Positions 26,774 through 30,240 of a stretch of DNA of 30,240 nucleotides are shown here, in pieces (the first letter of the stretch is position 1; each line of letters begins with the position of its first letter). This DNA is from a virus (taxonomy: Duplodnaviria; Caudoviricetes), in the IMG/VR virus record IMGVR_UViG_3300010398_000029, positions 1 through 30,240 of that record; one strand, written 5' to 3'. The notes below the pieces were generated by a model. That model was not told the DNA's origin. It saw only the letters and a program-made list of their open reading frames with translations, and ran no database searches. A program made the position numbers and the translations under genes.

Positions 26774-26951
26774 AGCCGGCGAGACTGCGCGGACTATTGT
26801 TGCGGCACTAAAGACGACGCCCGGCATCTTGGCCTTGGTCATTTTCAATCTATTTTTTATGGGCGTCGTTGTCTATGTGCAGCATACCAACGGCGAGCGA
26901 TGGGAACGGCTAACCGAAATGATACTCAAGCAGTGTTCGCCCCATGGATGA
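26757..26951 (+). CDS. Small single-TM protein, holin candidate
   Basis: MNVSHEAGETARTIVAALKTTPGILALVIFNLFFMGVVVYV.. Confidence 0.6.
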   Translation: MNVSHEAGETARTIVAALKTTPGILALVIFNLFFMGVVVYVQHTNGERWERLTEMILKQCSPHG

Positions 26952-27126
26952 GGAGACCCGCAAGGATGCTCTTGATGGATTACGTCAGGGGTTCCAGGCC
27001 AAGCTGGCGAAGATCTATGATAATTTGTCCTCGCCGGGCGAGCCGCGTGCCGAGGAAAGATTTAGGGATGGAGTTCGTCGGGCCATCAAGGCTTACGAGC
27101 GGGCTCGGGAAATGCTTTCAGAGTGA
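26944..27126 (+). CDS. Hypothetical protein, possible paralog of the 26441 soluble domain
   Basis: Overlaps the upstream stop; shared K(I/L)xx(L/I)YD..ER..G...A.(R/K)AY pattern. Confidence 0.6.
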   Translation: MDEETRKDALDGLRQGFQAKLAKIYDNLSSPGEPRAEERFRDGVRRAIKAYERAREMLSE

Positions 27127-27354
27127 TCAGTTTTCCAATGTCAGCCGCAATGCATCATAGTGCGCTATCGCCTCGCGATGATAGCGCCCTATGTCGTCCT
27201 GGTCCATGAAGAATCTCATCTCATCGGCGGCCCTCACCACGGCTCGCAGGCGCCGAATTTCAGTCAACATGGATTTTTCCATGTTCTGCCGTTCAAGCTC
27301 GGGATCTAGATTGACGATCAACGCTTTTGCGTACTTCATTCCGTACGGGATCAT
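27127..27354 (-). CDS. Hypothetical protein
   Basis: EIRRLRAVVRAA motif; ATGA coupling. Confidence 0.6.
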   Translation of the reverse strand: MIPYGMKYAKALIVNLDPELERQNMEKSMLTEIRRLRAVVRAADEMRFFMDQDDIGRYHREAIAHYDALRLTLEN

Positions 27355-27542
27355 TCTGGAAGCCTGCTTACGGTGGCGAGAAGGAGATTTTTGATGCTGA
27401 CCGGCACAAGGCGGCCACCGCGAATCTCATAATATTTTGGTGTCGACTGCTTCGCTTTCTTTGCTGTGATCGTATTATTGAACTTGGCTCGCCTTGCCTT
27501 CGACCATCCCCGCTTGCGGCCATCCATCTTGTACTTTTTCAT
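27351..27542 (-). CDS. Small basic protein
   Basis: GGAGG RBS before ATG at 27542; K/R-rich. Confidence 0.6.
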   Translation of the reverse strand: MKKYKMDGRKRGWSKARRAKFNNTITAKKAKQSTPKYYEIRGGRLVPVSIKNLLLATVSRLPE

Positions 27543-27720
27543 TTGCGCCTCCTGTTCCATTGAATTTACGTTGTGCAGCTTCTAGATCAGCGAGGTATCT
27601 CTGTTGAGATGCCTGCACGTCCAGGATCATTCTTTTTACCAGCACCAGGTCAGCGTTCACCCGTTCGATCGCTTTTCCCATTCGTTCCAGGATTGTATGA
27701 ATGCCGTCATTCATTTTCAC
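27475..27720 (-). CDS. Hypothetical coiled-coil protein
   Basis: GAGGGAGG RBS upstream; coupled to the HNH gene stop. Confidence 0.55.
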   Translation of the reverse strand: MKMNDGIHTILERMGKAIERVNADLVLVKRMILDVQASQQRYLADLEAAQRKFNGTGGANEKVQDGWPQAGMVEGKASQVQ

Positions 27721-28124
27721 CCTCCCTCTTGCTTTCGCTTGGCAACTCTGACTGGCTCATATCGTCTTGGTTCTTCGCCTGTTCTTTTCGCCCACTCTCT
27801 GCGTCCTTCAAATCGACGCCAATGGGGGAAGAGGTTTTTCTTGCGTTTGATCCCGACGTGTCGACGACGCAGACGCCGGCTTTTCGCAATAGCTGGTTGA
27901 TCGATTTGGCTAGTTTTCCCGATGTGGCAGGATTTACATCGTACCTTACAGTTTGCGAGGTTATTGCTGCCGCCGAGGTAGTCGGGGATGTCGTGATCGT
28001 AATGGTAGTCACCAGAATGGAGGAGCTTACGTCCGCAATCTTCGCAGCGGGCTCGACCGTCCTTGGATTTGCATCGCTCATAGGCCTGGGCTTTTACGGT
28101 CGCGGGAAACTCATGCCGATGCAT
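27717..28124 (-). CDS. HNH endonuclease
   Basis: RCEDCG..YDHDIP..GGSNNLANCKVRCKSCHIGKT; basic tail. Confidence 0.88.
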   Translation of the reverse strand: MHRHEFPATVKAQAYERCKSKDGRARCEDCGRKLLHSGDYHYDHDIPDYLGGSNNLANCKVRCKSCHIGKTSQIDQPAIAKSRRLRRRHVGIKRKKNLFPHWRRFEGRREWAKRTGEEPRRYEPVRVAKRKQEGG

Positions 28125-28311
28125 CTTTATACACCGCAACGATTTCTATCGGGATAGGTTTGCTCATGGTTGGCCAGCCGAGATCGGCGATGAATTCCGC
28201 GGTGCGTTCTTCGGGGATATGAGCGGTAACGACTCCCGCGCTGTGCTGGGCAACATTATGAACTTTGACCACGTTGAGATACCACTTTTTATTAGGTTTC
28301 TCTTCGTTCAT
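28111..28311 (-). CDS. Hypothetical protein
   Basis: GAGAGG RBS before ATG at 28311. Confidence 0.6.
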   Translation of the reverse strand: MNEEKPNKKWYLNVVKVHNVAQHSAGVVTAHIPEERTAEFIADLGWPTMSKPIPIEIVAVYKDASA

Positions 28312-28322
28312 GCTGTTACCTC

Positions 28323-28823
28323 TCATAGGTGATCAGGTATTTTATCGTTGAGCTCGGAATGAGTATTCTCGCTCTTGGCGGGAGTTCGAGGAGTGCTCAC
28401 TATAGTCACATTGCCATGAAAGGCATCGTAGGCATTGCCCCAGTCTATCATTGCCTGACGAATATCTCCGCTAGTCAAACCATGTGCGCCGACGCCATGA
28501 AACTGATTAGTAACACCGAGGCAAATAAAGGCGCCGCGGGCGTCCGCGGGCGACATGGACGGTCGCACTTGCTTAGTGGAGGCTTTTTGCTCGTCGGGTT
28601 TTCCGTAGATTTTCTGGATTTTATCGATATAGCAATTGTCATAACCGGGTCTCGGTGGTTTATAATCGATTACGACCTCGTCATCACGATTCCATTGGAT
28701 TAGCGAGCGCTTTGAAAGGAAGCGCATCGGACTATCATAAAGTTTTATATTCCAGTTTATGCGAGGCGGATCACGATCCGGATCCGGTTGGTTGACATAC
28801 TCGATCTTACCTATTGCCTGCAT
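28323..28823 (-). CDS. Putative ssDNA-binding (OB-fold-like) protein
   Basis: GGGAG RBS; beta-rich N-terminus; SSB-like tail ELNDKIPDHL. Confidence 0.45.
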   Translation of the reverse strand: MQAIGKIEYVNQPDPDRDPPRINWNIKLYDSPMRFLSKRSLIQWNRDDEVVIDYKPPRPGYDNCYIDKIQKIYGKPDEQKASTKQVRPSMSPADARGAFICLGVTNQFHGVGAHGLTSGDIRQAMIDWGNAYDAFHGNVTIVSTPRTPAKSENTHSELNDKIPDHL

Positions 28824-28992
28824 TTTGCTCCCCTATTACGAGAATGTGACGAAGGTTTTCGATACTATCGACAACGTAGTGTTTGTCGTCATCTAGCACA
28901 ATTTTTCCGGCTTTGACTTGACTTAGCAGTTCGCGTATGTGTCGCCAGATCCTGGCTAGGTCCTCCTCCGCTCGCGGTTCATCGAGGCTCAT
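28807..28992 (-). CDS. Hypothetical protein
   Basis: ATGA coupling at 28992-28989. Confidence 0.6.
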   Translation of the reverse strand: MSLDEPRAEEDLARIWRHIRELLSQVKAGKIVLDDDKHYVVDSIENLRHILVIGEQNAGNR

Positions 28993-29159
28993 TCGAAGCA
29001 ACCCATCTTTTCCAGGAGATCGAGGATGGCTTCATCGCAGGTTTTTCCATAGCCCACCGGCGATTCCGGACCATCATAGCTTTTCGTGTCGATGGCAGAC
29101 CAATCCTGCGACGCTTTCATCTCGGTCTTAATTTTCAGCGGCGGCACGACTTCTGGCAT
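28989..29159 (-). CDS. Small phage protein, first gene of the leftward operon
   Basis: AGGAG RBS; DWSAID..YDGPESPVGYGKT.DEAI.DLLE motif. Confidence 0.75.
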   Translation of the reverse strand: MPEVVPPLKIKTEMKASQDWSAIDTKSYDGPESPVGYGKTCDEAILDLLEKMGCFE

Positions 29160-29350
29160 GATTTCTCCTGCGTATGTCAGCGCAGAGCAGGCCTTGCGGT
29201 TGGCGGCCACCAAACAAGGCACCGGCTCGTCAGCCTTGCCCCGCGCTGACCGTCGCACCTTGCACCAAAAATCAATTTTTTCCAACGAAAATTTTTCGAT
29301 GTGGATAAGTGAACTGCGCTTTACAGATTCGGGCAAATCACGGTCACATC
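29160..29350. promoter_or_regulatory. Divergent intergenic control region
   Basis: Lies between oppositely oriented operons; palindromes aaaaat-ca-attttt 29267-29280 and cgaaaa-t-ttttcg 29286-29298; tgtggataa at 29300-29308. Confidence 0.6.
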
Positions 29351-29803
29351 ATGCTCATGAGATGGCATCCCGCACAAATCAAAGCGTTGCAGGCTCGATC
29401 AGCCTCCCGGGGAGGAGAAGGACCAAAGCCCGTCACAATGCCTGACTGGTCTGCAAAGGACGATCTTCGAGAGGATCCGATCCAAGCCGCAATCTGCGAG
29501 CATCTCCGTCGCTTTGCCGTTGATGGTTTGTTCTGGCGTGCGATCAATAACAACCCGAGATCCGCGAGAGACGGCGCGCGCTTCAAGCGGATGGGGGGCG
29601 CTGCCGGCACTCCAGACATGATTTTCCTCAAGGACGGCGAATTCAAATCTATGGAAATCAAGAGCTTATATGCCCGGCCTACCCAGGCCCAGATCGAGAC
29701 GCAACGAGCGATAATCACCGCCGGCGGCGAGGCAGTGGTTGCCCGAGGCCTCGATGATGCGCTGCAATATCTCAAGACTTGGAAATATATCCGAGCGAGA
29801 TAA
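29351..29803 (+). CDS. VRR-NUC (PD-(D/E)xK) nuclease / Holliday junction resolvase-like protein
   Basis: EDPIQAAI..N..GARFKRMG..AGTPDMIFL..MEIKS..PTQAQ..GG.AVVAR; start uncertain (29351 or 29357). Confidence 0.88.
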   Translation: MLMRWHPAQIKALQARSASRGGEGPKPVTMPDWSAKDDLREDPIQAAICEHLRRFAVDGLFWRAINNNPRSARDGARFKRMGGAAGTPDMIFLKDGEFKSMEIKSLYARPTQAQIETQRAIITAGGEAVVARGLDDALQYLKTWKYIRAR

Positions 29804-29838
29804 CCGGACGGTGTCGCGTATGATGACGGGGCGATGCC

Positions 29839-30240
29839 ATGAAATGGTACAAGAACTTCCCAGACGATTTTGCGTCCGGCACGATCTGTTTGTCATTAGA
29901 AGCAGTTGGCGCCTATAGCCTCGTTCTCGGTCAAATGTACAGCACTGAGATGGCGGTTGCCTACGACCGCCGATGTCTCGCGAGGATATTGCGATGCGAT
30001 CCTCGCAAGGCGATGCGACTCATCGACGAACTAATCATCAAAGGCAAGCTCCAAACTAATGGGGTACTTCTATGGAATGTTCGAGCGATGTTGGAGATAC
30101 ATCGAGCCTACATTCGAGCAAAGTCGACCCTGAGTGCAAGGGAAAAAGCCTTAGAAATCAAAGCCAATGCCTCTCAGTCAACAGAACCATATACTAGAAT
30201 AAAGAATCTAGAATCTAGAAAAGAAAGAAAGAAAGAAAGA
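29839..30240 (+). CDS. YdaU/DUF1376-like phage replication protein, truncated by the window edge (not in ORF track)
   Basis: MKWYKNFPDDFASGTICLSLEAVGAYSLVLGQMY..LARILRC..LIDELIIKGKL..WNVRA; frame stays open to 30240. Confidence 0.8.
   Translation, partial: MKWYKNFPDDFASGTICLSLEAVGAYSLVLGQMYSTEMAVAYDRRCLARILRCDPRKAMRLIDELIIKGKLQTNGVLLWNVRAMLEIHRAYIRAKSTLSAREKALEIKANASQSTEPYTRIKNLESRKERKKER

Larger units (their letters stand above)
1..30240. mobile_element. Tailed dsDNA phage or prophage segment with podovirus-like architecture
   Basis: Ordered terminase, portal, scaffold, capsid, adaptor, nozzle, ejection and lysis genes; no tape measure, tube or sheath gene recognised; no host housekeeping genes. 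Confidence 0.95.

Noticed and set aside
29160-29336. N-terminal extension of ORF 28989-29336
   Set aside because: A strong AGGAG RBS precedes ATG 29159; the upstream part is better read as the intergenic control region
1013-29896. Many shadow ORFs in the track (e.g. 3001-3453 -, 5487-6005 +, 21633-22181 -, 27573-28157 +, 29344-29775 -)
   Set aside because: They overlap well-supported genes in other frames and show no motifs or RBS

Overview
The whole window reads as one tailed dsDNA phage genome with podovirus-type (P22/SU10-like) organisation, probably from an alphaproteobacterial host (inferred from gene types). A long + strand late operon (about 408-27126) runs: terminase large subunit; a portal gene that is split into two overlapping ORFs; a 6.6 kb accessory block (fibre-like proteins, a 2OG-Fe(II) oxygenase/SAM-methyltransferase fusion, a glycosyltransferase-like protein and a Pro-rich protein); scaffold; SU10/DUF5309-type major capsid protein with its terminator; adaptor; nozzle; GNAT-like protein; three ejection proteins (one with a lytic transglycosylase domain); and a lysis region. 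A short - strand operon (29159 down to 27127) includes an HNH nuclease and an SSB-like protein. A divergent + strand operon begins with a VRR-NUC nuclease and a YdaU/DUF1376-like replication protein that runs off the right edge. No integrase, repressor, rRNA, tRNA or CRISPR array was seen. The most notable observations are the split portal, the putative glycan-modification cassette inside the head operon, an extreme G/T skew that decays over the first ~2 kb (with repeats, G4 motifs and a DnaA box), and an antisense membrane gene that shares its start site with a sense gene. All product calls come from motif recognition by eye; no database search was run.
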